64,000 bases of DNA. Origin: Antedon mediterranea. Lineage: Eukaryota; Animalia; Echinodermata. Shown here piece by piece: positions 13,439 through 27,100 of this stretch (its first letter is position 1; every line of letters begins with the position of its first letter). The stretch is taken from the NCBI RefSeq assembly GCF_964355755.1, contig NC_092674.1:15872001-15936000 (forward strand). Direction: 5' to 3'. The position numbers were made by a program, and so were the translations under genes. Under the pieces are notes generated by a model, which saw only the letters and a program-made list of their open reading frames with translations, ran no database searches and was not told the DNA's origin.

Positions 13439-16400
13439 ATGGAAAAACAGGCAGAACAATATCTACGTGGATTTTACATGTTTGAACACACTATTAACAA
13501 GCGTGTTTTAGCAGGTGATATTGAGATAGAGGAAACATACAAAACTGCACAAGAGCAAAGAAATATTCCCTTTAATTGAACGAAAATTCTTATCATAGGA
13601 GATCATGCTGTGAGAAAAACTTCAACGTTTACAAGGGAAGGAATTTAGACAAAATGAACTTAGTACAATAGGAATCGAAACAGACACTGTCAAAACAAAA
13701 GTGAATGACATGTTAACAGTAAATGGTGTCCTGTAACTAATTCATCTCTAGAAGATTACAAATGTTCTGTTGCATGGTGGGCGGTAACACACACGCAGTA
13801 AAAATTACTCAAGAATCATCTCATTTAAGAAAACGAATGAAAAAAAAAAACAACAAAAAAACAACTGTTATTAGGACAAACAGTTAAGTTGAAAACTTAC
13901 CAGGTTTTTCAAAATATTCAAAGGTTGGTTGTTTTTCTTATTGGTGGATATACATTCAGAGTTGGGCTTGTTGCCTGGGCATCTATATTATGTTTGATTT
14001 TTATAGTGCATATCGATTTGGTTCAGTCCATATGATTACAATGGTACTCGTAGATAGCACAATGAGCATAGGCGTAAATAGGCTAGTAGTAACTGGCCTA
14101 CTTACAGGAGCCGAAGGCCTTTGTATAGCATTCAGTATAATGGTGCATCCACGGCAACAAATGTTAACTATTGCAAATGTAACTTAAAAATTAATTGTTA
14201 GTTACAGTAAAGCATATTTTACATTTTTAATTTATATATTTGCTATTACCACATTTACTATCTACAGAAATGTTCATTCCAAGCTGTATGCATTGAGTCA
14301 AAGGCACGGTATAATTGTATTAAGGAGTTGTGATCTTTTGTGGTTAACCACCACCTTTATTCATTCAATGTTACATAAACAACAATTACAGAATCTCATA
14401 TGTATTTACATTATTTTCTGCATATTTGTTGTTATGTTATCTACTACAAAATATATTGCATATTTAATAAAAAAGTTGTTTAGTTATGAAACGTTTGTTA
14501 TTTATCATAATTTGTGTGTCTACACAAATATAATACATTAGACCTATATACAGTACACGGGCATAGAAAAACCTATAAAAACTGTCAAGTAATAAAATGG
14601 AAATGTGTATACACAAGTTAAAAGTATAATATACGTATACATACAGACAATATACTTTATTTCCATTAAAGCTTACTGAAAAAAATCTGACAGTTTTTCT
14701 TTGACGTTAGCCCATTTTTTCTAGCATTGATAATGTTACATGCGTATTAATTCTTAATTAAATTAAAAAGTTATATTCTGTATAGGTTCCATATCGTCTT
14801 TTGTACATTTTCGTTTTTCAACGTTATTTTATATGTTATACATGATTTATATATTGAAAAACAAAAAACAGAAATTAATTCATTGATGAGTTTGCTATTT
14901 GTATTTCCAGTAATTATATTAGTCCAACTTGAAAAGTTGTGTTGTGTTTCGTTAACATGAAAAGACTTAACAAACATTGAATCGAACTTTCTCCAGACTG
15001 GCTGAATTGTATTATTTCTACTTCTATTTTACATTTTAGGTATTTATCACTATCAGCTAATTTCCATAGTTTTAATGTTTTCCTACATGCTATAATTCTG
15101 TGTAACAATTTAAAGTTGAATTGTGCAACTTTTACAATATGTTTGGTGTTTAAAACTTTATTACACCATATTGCGTGCCAATTTAAATCAACACCAAATT
15201 CCTGCTTGATTTTAATGCATTAGTGAAGTCTCTAAAACTGAGCTGGGTCAAGCGTTTGCTAAGCCCAGATCCTGGGAAATGATATGAATGAATGATATTT
15301 TGAGAACTCCGTCTTCGTTTTTATTAATAAGTGTTGTTCTTTTAATTTTTTCTCTATTTCCGCTCCATAAAAAATTATAAATTTCTTTTTCAACAATAGG
15401 AAAGATATATGTTGGTACATTTATTACACTAGCATTGTAAATGAGCTTAGATAAAGCTAGAGTTTTAATTATTATATTTTTCCAAAGAAATATAAGTGTC
15501 TTGTTTTCCATAACTGTAAAGTTTTTTTCAAACTAACAATTTTATCGTCCCAATTCTTTTTATCACACAACTTTTCGTCGCAACCAACGTAAATTCCTAT
15601 GAATTTAATTGGTTCTTTTGTTCATAAAATATTATATGGAGAGGAATTAAGAAATCTGCTTGATCCAATCCAAATGTCATTTGTTTTTTATAATTTAATT
15701 TCAAGCCTGATATATCACAGAATTTTTTTATTTCATCAACAAATATTTTAAGCTATGTCCATCACGCGTGAAAATTACAGTATCATCTGCTAATTGGGCA
15801 ATTTGAACAATTCCATCTGCAGCATTTTCTGTACTTGGTAGTGTGATGCATTTGCAGAGTGGATTCGCTCTTATATTTATTGACATAATTTCGGCAACCA
15901 AGATAAATAATAAGGCAGACAGTGGACACCCTTGTCTAACTCCGCAATTCATTTTGAAGCTCTCAGAGACCCAACCATTGTTTATCACTTTACATCGTGT
16001 ATCAGTATAAATTAAGTTAATCCATTTTATGAACGATTTGCCGAAGCCAAATTTCTCAAGTGTTTTAAGAAATAACTTTCTATGGAATCAAAAGCCTTAG
16101 CAAAATCAAGAAAGATTATTGCACCAGGTATATTTGTATCTTTTGTAAAATTTAGTAAGTCGTCTACTAGTCTAATATTTTCTCCACCGACCCTTCCGTT
16201 TATATATGCTTTTCGGTTGTTGCTTATTGTCAAACCAATAACGTCATGCATTCGGTTAGAAAGGGCATGTGCCATAATGTTATAATCTACGTTAAGTAAA
16301 GTAATTGGCCTCCAATTTTCTAACTTTTTTCTCTCGCCTGATTTGAATATTAGATTTATTATTCCTACTCATTGTGAGCTGGATAATTTATTTTGATTGT

Positions 16401-17625
16401 AATTTTCTAGGTAATCTTTTATATTTTCTATTTTTATCTGTTTGCCTTCATTAACTGTTCTTTATAACAGTAATATGTTTTCTTTTTGCCTTGTTTTTTT
16501 TTCTAACCGCAAATAAAATTTGGTGTTTTTTTCTCCGTTCTCAAACCATTCTATTCTGGATCTTATCTTCGCACCTTGTGCTTCAATTTGGTATATTTTC
16601 TCGAAATCTTTTGATTGATTTTTATCAATTGGCTGTTTTTAATTGGGAAAAATTATTGTAATAATAAAATAAGTTTATTTACTACTTCTTGTGTTGCCAT
16701 AACCGTGTTTTGCACGACTAATGGTATTATAGTCGGATGAAATTGTGCAGCTTCTGAATATATACTTCAAAATGATATATTTAATAAATCAGTTGGTTTT
16801 TAGGTGGTTTGTTTATAGCATATACTACTTGTGATTGGCACCTAGTGGATTTGCAATCTGTAACAACAGTGAACCTCTCTATTCCTCTGTATCTGATTAA
16901 TGTATTGTTTATTGTTTCTCCGATTTTTTTATTTATTCTCTACGAATGGTTTGCATACATGAAAGTTAAACACACATCGTCCATATAAATAACAAATAAC
17001 AAATAACACACGTCAAGCGTTAATTCGTAATGAATTTTTGTTTGATGCTAGGTTTTAGCTTATGGGACTTTGCCGTGCAAGAAATGTATCATAACACACA
17101 CCATCTGTTTATGCCTAAGAAAGGTGTATATTTGATAGTGTTCAATACAATTAAATATGTTCAATATCCAGAACAAGAAGTTAAACGACTCGAAATATTG
17201 GCTCCAATTCGTAGCCCTGCATGATGAAATAAAAAAAAAACCATAGTCCTGCTTGTACGAACCAGAAGACATGGTATTAAGAACAATAACGATCTTCAAA
17301 CATTAGTAAGACTAGCTTCTGATGATCTATACAATACATATATTAATAATATAATACATTGAAAACGAATTGAAAATTGACAAACAACGGAATACATTAC
17401 GTGAAGTTATCTTTAGTGAGATTACTGAATTACCCTTTTTTCAACAGACGTTCTGTCGAACATTTGTTGTTTAATCAGGCGCTGTTTAAGCTATAATTGT
17501 TAAAGCCCCAGAAACTCACAAGAGAAATAGTTCAGCTTTACGTGCAGTAGAATGTGAAGTGATTATCATACAAGACAATTCAAAGAAGATATAAAAAAAA
17601 TATTAAAATACTATCATCTTAACAG
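13439..17625 (+). pseudogene. Roco-family (Roc-COR) GTPase pseudogene with a hydrophobic insert, split by a Tx1 LINE
   Basis: Plus-strand translation across stops and frameshifts gives: pre-Roc helix EETYKTAQEQRNIPFN*TKILII; G1 GDHAVRKTS (13598); G2 STIGIE; G3 LWDFAVQEMYHNTHHLFM..GVYLIVFN (17060); YWLQFV; G4-like IVLLVRTRR; and COR-like TLREVIF..LPFFQQ..LKYYHL. Confidence 0.75.
14356..16625 (-). mobile_element. decayed L1/Tx1-clade LINE ORF2, 5'-truncated
   Basis: Motifs AQGAKIRSRIEWFENGEK, NWRPITLLNVDY, AIIFLDFAKAFDSIE, GVRQGCPLSALLF, QLADDT, IIKTLALSKLIY and FNFKLLHRII. The 3' end TTTATTCATTCAAT (plus strand, near 14356) matches the end of the Tx1 fragment at 5273. Confidence 0.88.
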
Positions 17626-18099
17626 GAACCAAATAATTATGACTATATTAGAATGGATGAATATATTAAAATACTGTTCTTGTACACGTTTTGTAATTTG
17701 TTCTTTTTCTAGTCTATCATACAATATAAATTTGTTAACTGATTTTGTTTTACGTAGCGTCACCAGCGGCCGTTGCGAATTTATGATTATATTGTAGTAA
17801 ATAACGAAAATTGCAAAAGTTTCATTTTTATGTTACGAAATACCTATCTGTTATGTGCAAAAGACGTGAATTTTGACCTCAAATAAGATCTTGATTTGTA
17901 TGATTTATGTTTGGTTTTTTAGATCTAATTTAATCTAGGTCTAATTCTATTAACATTATTAAAAGCAATATTCAAATTATTTATAGAATTACACCCATTG
18001 TATTGCCTGTTCTTTTTCTTACCCCCTCGTCTGTATCTATTTCTTTTATTTTGTCTAATGCTTGTTTCCTCTTTACTACCATTATTCTCACAGGCGTCT

Positions 18100-19200
18100 T
18101 CATAGTTAAAAAGTAGAGTTGCATATGAAGCGGTTTGATAAATTCAATTCTGTATTACTGACAATGTCCTATTTGGTACGATTCTGGATAAATCTATGAG
18201 AAGCATGTGTCATAGAGTTGTAGTTATATTGGCTATCGTAGTCAAATCTGTATCCCCATCGCTTATTTGCATGATAAGAGTTGCTGTGATTGCGGAGGTA
18301 CATGTTGTATCTTCGTTGATCATAATTCGATTCCTCGATGATGAGTTGTAGGTTTCCTTCGATTAGCTGGCCTTATGACTGTATGGATAGCATTTATGTT
18401 GCTTAAGTCTTCTCCATTAAGGTTTGAACGTGCAGTTGTTGATCCATTTTTCATTAAAAATTTCTCGTCATTGTCAAATATTTGACAATTCATGTCTGTG
18501 GCGATTTCCTTTATCATGTCATTAACTCTTGTGTGGTGATCTAAATTATCTGTACGTGGGCTTACAGTTGAAACCACCAGGGTTGTAGATGATTAGATTT
18601 GGATTTTACATCATCAATCATTTCCTGATAGCGCTAACTCCATCTGAAGGTCTTCATCTTTCGTGCAATTATTTGTACCAACATGAATGACGATAGTATC
18701 AAAATCATTATGATCGGTTAGTTTCTGATCAATATCCTTGATTTTTCCACCACGTACGCATGTTACCTTTGAGTTACTGAGGCCCGTTCATTAATACCTT
18801 TAATAATAGAATCTCCAATAATCGGGCATTTTTCTTGGTTGTGGTGATAGTAGCAGCAGCTTCGGTTGATTAGATATTAAATACCAACTTCTGGTCGCAT
18901 CTGTGTTGTGGAATTGAGTTGGGCCATCATCAATTGCTGATCATTAACAATTTTGAGGCAATATCTGCAGCCGATTTAGTTAACATGGTTTGTTGGTTGT
19001 GGTGTGAAAGTTCTTTCACATAGTGTGGTAGATCGTGGCACGGTGGACATAGCCAAACTTTAGGGTTAGATTGTGGTTTAATGTTCAGACAAACTCGATG
19101 ATAGGATTCTTTACAGAGAAAACATTCCAGTGCTTTTCCATTGTCTACATTACTTATAGCTTACATTCATCTATACATTTGATTTTAAACGTCTATTTTA
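18100..19200 (-). mobile_element. decayed CR1/L2-type LINE ORF1 (PHD finger + SGNH esterase)
   Basis: Minus-strand translation gives ECFLCKESYHRVCLNIKPQSNPKVWLCPPCHD (PHD), then IIGDSIIKG, CVRGGKIKDI, IVIHVGTNNC and VVSTVSPRTD (esterase blocks). Boundaries are approximate. Confidence 0.75.
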
Positions 19201-20076
19201 AGAAATTTACGGTACAGAGGGTTAATCGTAAATTAAAATATTAGTGAACATACGAACACAATCATATCGTTACCATAAGTCGTATCCTTTTTCTGTAGCG
19301 TACGTCTATACACAGTACACGAAGTAACTTCGCCTAGAAAGTAACTACAGTACACATGTTGGTCTGTGGATGGAACATGATATCGCGCGTAAACCGCAAT
19401 GTGCTGGACCCAATGTTGAACGATTCGTACAAAGGGATACCGCCAGACAAGTGCGTATCTATTGATTATTTAGATCGCTGGCAATAATGAATAATAATAA
19501 TAATAATGAATGCATATATAAATATATATATAAAGTGTAATAGCCCTCCGACGTACTCGGTCAATAATGGGACGTCGCGGTTTTCTAGACGCTGAAGCTG
19601 CGAGGTGAACGCGAATGATTTTTACTGTATATTATATCACCGTAGATATTGATGGTGCTATAATGAAATAGTACTATCATAATTAAAGTTAACTAAACCA
19701 AATAGATTAGTATTAAAATCAAAAGATTGTCGCATTATGTGCACCTTCTCACTATTAATTATATAAATAAAATGTTCATTTATATATACAATTGGTTTAG
19801 CAATAGAATGCTAGTCTAGTTTTATTTAATTTGTTTACAGTTTTACCACACCGACACGTGTACAATCGCAACGAGTAGATACATTAATGTTAAAACGCAC
19901 TTCTGATCTATTTGTTTGTTTGCGAAATTTGACTGTCTATTCGATTCAATTCAACTTTAACCACGGAGGCACCATGCGTCACTGAGGCAGCAAAATGTAA
20001 CCGTTTGGTGAGAAGAGGTGATCAATGATTTTAAACGTCTTTGTTTCAATCATATCCATGTCTAGTCCCCTTATAT

Positions 20077-21059
20077 TTATGGGTCTATACCCGTGTCACC
20101 TCCTGATGGCGTTGAATTACACTCATATGTTCTAGTTCGTTTGTTTGTTTTGTTGTTTCTTCGTTCACGGATGTTTTTACTAAGACACTCTTTTGTATTT
20201 TTGTCTGGACGAAAGTAAATAAGATAACATTTAGAAAAATAAAATGCAGAAAGAGTTAAAAAATTAAATAACAGAAGAAATATTACCCGAAAGCAAATTT
20301 TAAGTCGTCCAGCAGCTGCAAAATGAGCAGGAATTGAAAATATTTCCAAGATACACCATGTGAACATAATAAACCAAATAAATCTAGCTTCTTGGAAATT
20401 CTTGGGTAGATTGCGGGCCCGAAATGCAAATATAAAACACATTAATGATAAGAATAATTGGTAGATGTTGGTGACAATATAACCAACATCTGTTTCTCTG
20501 CAGAAAACAGGTATAATTGTTAATGAGTTATTATAATCACGTACTGCGTGACTAGGATAGATCGTTTCATGGATTATCTTGAATGCTAGATGAATGGCTG
20601 TTATTACAACGACTAAAATCCACGAATACCGATAAAATGTTGCAATCGGTATCTTGAAACGTTGCTTATTGTTGAAAATTTTTACAATAACGTACAGTTT
20701 AGCACAGAAAATTCCAAGAATTATTGTGAGATTAAGACCATCAAGAACCGATAAAACTTTACACATATTGTCAGTCGGAATTCCTATATAGAAGTATACC
20801 ATCTGGAAGCTTAAAAGCAGAACGAACGCCAGAACAAAACTGTGTGACAAACTAGAAGCCTTTACAACCGGCGTTTCACGATGTCGGTAGAAGATGCAGG
20901 TGACAACAACCGTTGCTAAACTGCCTACGACACTAATAAGGCAGAAAATAACAGAAATAATTTCTCCCCACAAAAACACATCCGGTATCTTCTTAAGGCA
21001 GGTTGTGCGATTGACATCTGCATACTTGTCATTTCCACACACTTCACATTTGTCAGCAT
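20077..21059 (-). CDS. class C GPCR exon 4 (end of Cys-rich domain + 7TM + C-tail)
   Basis: Part of ORF 20077-21078, after the acceptor TTTTTTCGTAG. Seven hydrophobic helices and class C motifs. Confidence 0.93.
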
Positions 21060-21097
21060 CTACGAAAAAAAACCACATTTTTTAAAATTTGTTTTAT

Positions 21098-21138
<41 letters not shown>

Positions 21139-24100
21139 TGTAACATAATAGTTCTACAATCACAAACATAACAAAAGAAAAATGGACAATTTTTTTTCTG
21201 TGTAAAATATTTTAATTTTATTTTAAAATGAAATAGGCCCCTATATGATAACGATAATTATGATAAGGAAATTATATATTATGTTATAACGATGCTTAAA
21301 AACAAAACTATTAACGATGCAGTAGGCATATCGTCCTTTATTTGTGTTAAGTTTTGTTTTGCTTTTTAAACCTTTACTATTAATGAAAAATAGAGGTAAT
21401 ATGGAATACAAAGTGGATTTACAAAATTTAAAATGTTATACCACTGATGAAGTTGATTACATTTTAGTTATAAAAAAAAGAAAATAACAAAAAAGTGTTA
21501 GAAATGAAAATAATATGAAGGTGTAATGGTGATGACATAACTATGATTATATTAATGTAAATAAAAGTGGACCTGTTTACGCTACAAAGGAGACTAGAAA
21601 TATTTACAAAAGTGTATGTATTAAATCAAAGGTCAAAATGCTGAAAATGATAACATTGTGGGTACCAGTGGCGTAAAACTGCAAATCTTAAATTAAACGT
21701 AAAAATCAACACACAACCCCTTAAAATCAACGCAATTCGTAAAATATTGTTTTTAATGAAATGTGGTTTTCAAAACATTTTATTACGATTCGTGGCAGTT
21801 TTATTTCTTTCGTTCTATATGACCACAATTCGTAACAATCCCTACTGGTTGACGTGCCGCAAAATCGCACCACATGGAAGAGGTAATTTTTAAATATACT
21901 AAAAAAATAAATCAAAACTACAAGGTAAACCAGCCAGAAAGAAATTTTGCAGAGCGTTTAGAGAGAGAGGTATCAAAGCGAGAATATAAAGTAGGCATGA
22001 GTGAATTGAAATAAAAAAAAGTATACAAAAGTGGGTCCAGATCAAGATAATATCATTAATGTACATTCAGGTCTGTACTGACTTTATTCGCAAAATTAAA
22101 CAAATATCTTACTAATTAGTGGAACAATGACCGTATAATTTGCCATTAGAGTAGTATCGTTTTAAAATGTTGTCGGAGAATTTTACAGATACAGAATCCA
22201 GACAGTGCACTGATTGGTTTATAAAATAATTATGCATATTTAGTTAATTTTCTTTTACAGATTTTTTGTTGATTTTAACAATTTGTGTTGATTTTGTGAG
22301 TTGCGGCTCTGGATCTCAACGGAGAAACAAATGAAATAGAATAAAAGCTAAATCATACAATAAAGTAAACTAATTATAAATAAAGTGCCTTCAAATACAA
22401 TTCTTCATCAGGGCAGCAAACATATTTCGTTGGGATGTTGATTTAAGAACCAATCTCGTGAATTTAATATACAGAAAGATACGGGCATATCAATCTGATC
22501 TCGTTGTGCGTAAATACACTAAAAGGCTAGTGCTTTTCCACTGTACCCCGCTGAGTTGCATGTATATGTATTTTAATCAACTATGGCAGTGAAAGTTTCA
22601 ACAAAGTACTAAATCACAATGTTTTACTGTGTTTAGTGGTATTTTATTCATAAAACATGAACATTTCGTTTACTGGGTGGATAAAGAATATATTAAAAAA
22701 AATGTTCCTCTTAGCAACAAACCTCTTCCCAACAAAAAGTGTTTTTTTTTTTAATATGACTTAAAAAGTCGTGACAATTTCTCTTTTGGAAGTAATATTA
22801 CAGGGTGCTAATTTCAGTTAGACTACATAAATCACCGTGTCTATTTATTTGTTCCTCCTGTTTTTTACGCTGAAATTACTGTGTATTCGAGAACAATATA
22901 TTATGGGCGCGACCTAGTGAAAGTAAATTTGGTAATCATGCAGTATGTTACATAATTCCTACACCTAATTCCTCAACCTACACAACAAGCTTACATATAT
23001 ATAGATAGCACAGTATGGCATCACAGGTGTTGATTAATTACATGTCCGTTTGGGTTGTTGATACAGCAATTAAGCATAATGACGGCAAGTTAGGCCATAG
23101 CAACTGACTGACTGACATGTATTCATTCATGTCATAGAAACAGACTATGTTAAAAGACATTTAGATTTAAAGTTTTGTTTTAGAATTTTTGGAAATACAA
23201 ATAAAATAAGAAGCTTTCTAAAAACATTACCGGTACTATTTAAATTTGTAACGTTACAAAAACAATATATTAAGAAATATAACTATAATAACATACAACA
23301 AACTTCATTAATTTAAAATACAATTTAATTATTTATCAGTTAAATTCAATATACCATTAATTTAGAAAAAAAAGCTTTGGAAAAGTTACCAAATTACAAT
23401 AATTTTATTTTAAAATCTTTACGAAGAAAGTTGATACGCATCTATATATAAATTTACGTGAAGGGCAAAATTCGGTAAATCGTGCGTTACTTCTCGATGG
23501 CATATAAAGTTTAGGTTCAACGATTTGCCCCAAATAGGGGTATTTTCCGATCGTGGTATACACTGTCTAATGAATATCCATCTTGAAAAATACCCGCATA
23601 CAATAATACGAGGATGCTTCGCTTTTACCTATATCCTTCTACGATAAATGTTTTTTAACAGCTCGACTACAGCATCATAGTGTTGATGACAAGTCGATTT
23701 TCTTATAAAAATACTATTTTGATAGATTTAATATACGTTTATACAAATGTATTGATTTAAATGGAACATTCCAATCTCTGTTCCACAAGCGTCTATTCCC
23801 GCAGACGTAATAACATGAAAGCAAGTACACAAAAAATAGAAATTTTATCTATTTTTTTTTCAATCTTTGCTGTAGATGTTGGATATAGGTACTTTTTAAA
23901 CAGATAATGACCTAGCGTTTTGAGTTAAACCACCACCCACACCACCCTCATCCATGGCAAGAGTAGCGTTATAAGCCAGTATAAGATAGGCCTACAGTAC
24001 GAAGGATCACGTCACATGCCCTAAACGCAGAACAACTTTGGTGGGTTAAGGAACCAACTCAAGTATGAATTGGCTCTAAGAAACAATTCAAAAACCATTA

Positions 24101-27100
24101 GGCCTACTAATTCAGTTAAGTTAGATAATTATTATTATTTTTTGTAACCATATTTAATGAGGGTGATCCATCCAGCAATTGCTGGTCATTATGGACCCTC
24201 AGAGGTTCACAAGACAAACATATACAGAAGATGCTTGACATAACCAAGGTCTTATTACAAGTCTTTGGGAGTAGAGTTGTAATTTTGTCCTGACATGTGA
24301 ACCTGATTAAAACGAATTTACGATTTGCCCCGAATAGAGGTGTTTTTCACACAAACTGTTTTTACATTATATAAACACTTATACAAATAAACTTTATTAT
24401 TGACAGTTGCTTCTCAACGTTTTTATTAATTAATACTGTAATTTAAAAAAATATAAACGTCGTAGTGTGGTGTATCGTTACATGTAGGACTACTTTACTA
24501 TTTCAATCGACTATATGACGGTGACAGTTTCAACAAAGTTTTAAATCGCAATGTTTTACTGCGTTTAGTCGTATATTATTTGTAAAACATAAAAACAATT
24601 ATTATTTTTTTAAAGAATATATTTAAAAATGTTTCCTCTTTGCACCCATCCTCTTCCCCATCCACAAAACACAAATTAAGTTTGTTTAAATTTGACTCAA
24701 ACAATAGGTCTCATTTCCCAGGGTACTAATTTTAGTTGAGTACATAAAACACAGTGTCTATTCGTTCCTGTAAACGACATAATTGTCCTGCGGTACGTAC
24801 ATTTGAAATCGCCATTTTTTTACGATGAAATTACTATGTATTCGAAAACCATCTGTGGGCACGACATAGATAGTACGCGAAGATTGTTGCTTAATTATTT
24901 TCATTACACCAACAACAACAAAAACAACAATATTTTCAATATGATCGTTAGTTTATCGACAAACTTCTGTCTATCCGGTAATGGTTCATCAAGCCATTAA
25001 CCCGCAATCGTAAAAAAAATCGAGCCAATCTATCTTTTTACATTGAGGTACACTTCATGTCATTAGCTCTGGCGTTGAAACTACCCACCAAATCTCATAT
25101 TTTGTTTCTCTGAGATAGGCATGATCATAATTGGATTAACTTCTTAACCAAAATAGAATGGTTAGCACGTTTGCTGAAATCGACAGTACATAACGTAGCA
25201 CACATACCAGAACTCTCAAGTCCTGACAACAACTTATGTACTAGGTAGTGAGTAGAAGAGGATTCTTCTTCTTCTTCTTCTTGTGGACCAAAAACGATCC
25301 ATCAGAAAGAAAACTTTCAAATATTCTTTCAAAAGTCGGTGTTACTGATATAGGCCTATGTGTCACAGGTCAGGGTTTTTTGGCAAAGGGGTGACTAGAA
25401 TTTTTCTTTTTTCAAGCAGATGGAAACTTATGTTCTTTTAAATAACGATTCAAATTATATATAATTCTTGAATACGACGGAAAGGTCATTTGGATGAGGC
25501 TATAATATTCCTCTTCATATTATATCCAATGTCTTTTATTAATAATCTTCAGATTCATTGATTAAAGAAACAATTAAAAAACACAGATCAACATCAATAT
25601 AAGAGCAGACACAAACTTTACAACCAGTGTGATGCATGCAGACAGCTTATTATATCGATAAATTTATTTTTATAACGGTCGTTTACATATGACGTAGTTT
25701 TCAGAGGGGTGCTTATAAACTTTAATTACACAGATTAATTGTTAGTATCAAATGTAACATTTGATGGCAATACGGTTCTACAGTGCAAACGTAGGAGACA
25801 ATCGCAAATCTACAAACATACTGATATTCGGACAAATAAATACGCCGTTGGTTTCAAAATTAGATGCTATTTTTTAGTTCTTATCAAATGGTACATTTGT
25901 CGCGTTAAATCAATATTATAATAGGATTTAAATAAGTAGGCTATTCCTTTTCTGTATGATGCAAATAAGAGTAAGTTAGCAGTTGATTAAATTAATTATT
26001 CTATTATAATCATTTCTAGAGATTAACCCAATTTAATCAAGGTTCTCGTCAACTGTACTAGTCAGACAGAATGACTTGATTGGATTGTTGACAAAGAGCG
26101 AGGCATGCGAGGCATGAAAACAATTATTATGGCATTCAAGAGTCGGGCATAATCATAACGTCTAGTGGCGAATTGCGAGGAACCGTATAGCATTTCCCAA
26201 AACAAGTTTTGTTTTAATCGATTCAGTAGTTAAAGGACAGTTCGTTTTAAAAACCTACCAAAATTTGGTCCGTGGAACATACATTTTAGAGGTCAAATAG
26301 GTTAAATTTGGGTGAAAATTGTAATTAGTTTTCATTCTTATTCAAAATTAACATTTTTTCAAGAATTTTACTATTTTTTAGGTAATGTTCTGAAATTTAT
26401 TTTGTATAATTTTTAAATAATTATGTTTGAGTAGAAATAGAATTTACTGACATTATCTTAATACAGCTTTTATATTTATATATAATATAATTATGTTAAA
26501 CAATATTGAATTTTGTGCGGAATTACGAGAATTTACATAGAAACAAGGTTTCTGTCTTTGTGTTTTCCACACTTTGTAAAGACAACCATTTTTTGTCTTG
26601 GAAACATTGACTGGACGTTCGTTTGTAAAAAGATCTGTAAATCGCAAAATTGTACTTTATCTTTGTATGTTAGGCAATCTAGCATTTTGAGTGAAAACAT
26701 TTTTTTTTTTTATGGTAATGAGGAGATCAAAATTTGAGCATCACACATCTATCACTTATCCAATTATATGCAAATTAGCCTAAATATGCAAATTAAAGAG
26801 AAATTATAGGGTTACCATATCTCAAAAGCCACTACTAAGAACAGAGTTGTTTTTTTTTCAGACTTGCTCAGAATATATACATTTACTCTAATGAGACATT
26901 TAAAACTTACCGGCATCAACCACTCGAAAGTGGATTCATATTTTAAATAATTAATTTACCTCCGAATGAAAACCAGTATAGTAAGTGAGTTGAGTTACAT
27001 TATATTAGTTACTGGCGATAAAACGAATTTAGGTAAAACGATATAATTAGGCCTATAAATAATACTTGTTAAATTGGACTGTTGGTCCTATTTCTTTCTG

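Noticed and set aside
3469-16275. reverse transcriptases as a retron, DGR or other novel RT system
   Set aside because: The motifs and 3' ends are those of ordinary non-LTR retrotransposons (CR1, RTE, Tx1), all disrupted by stops and frameshifts.
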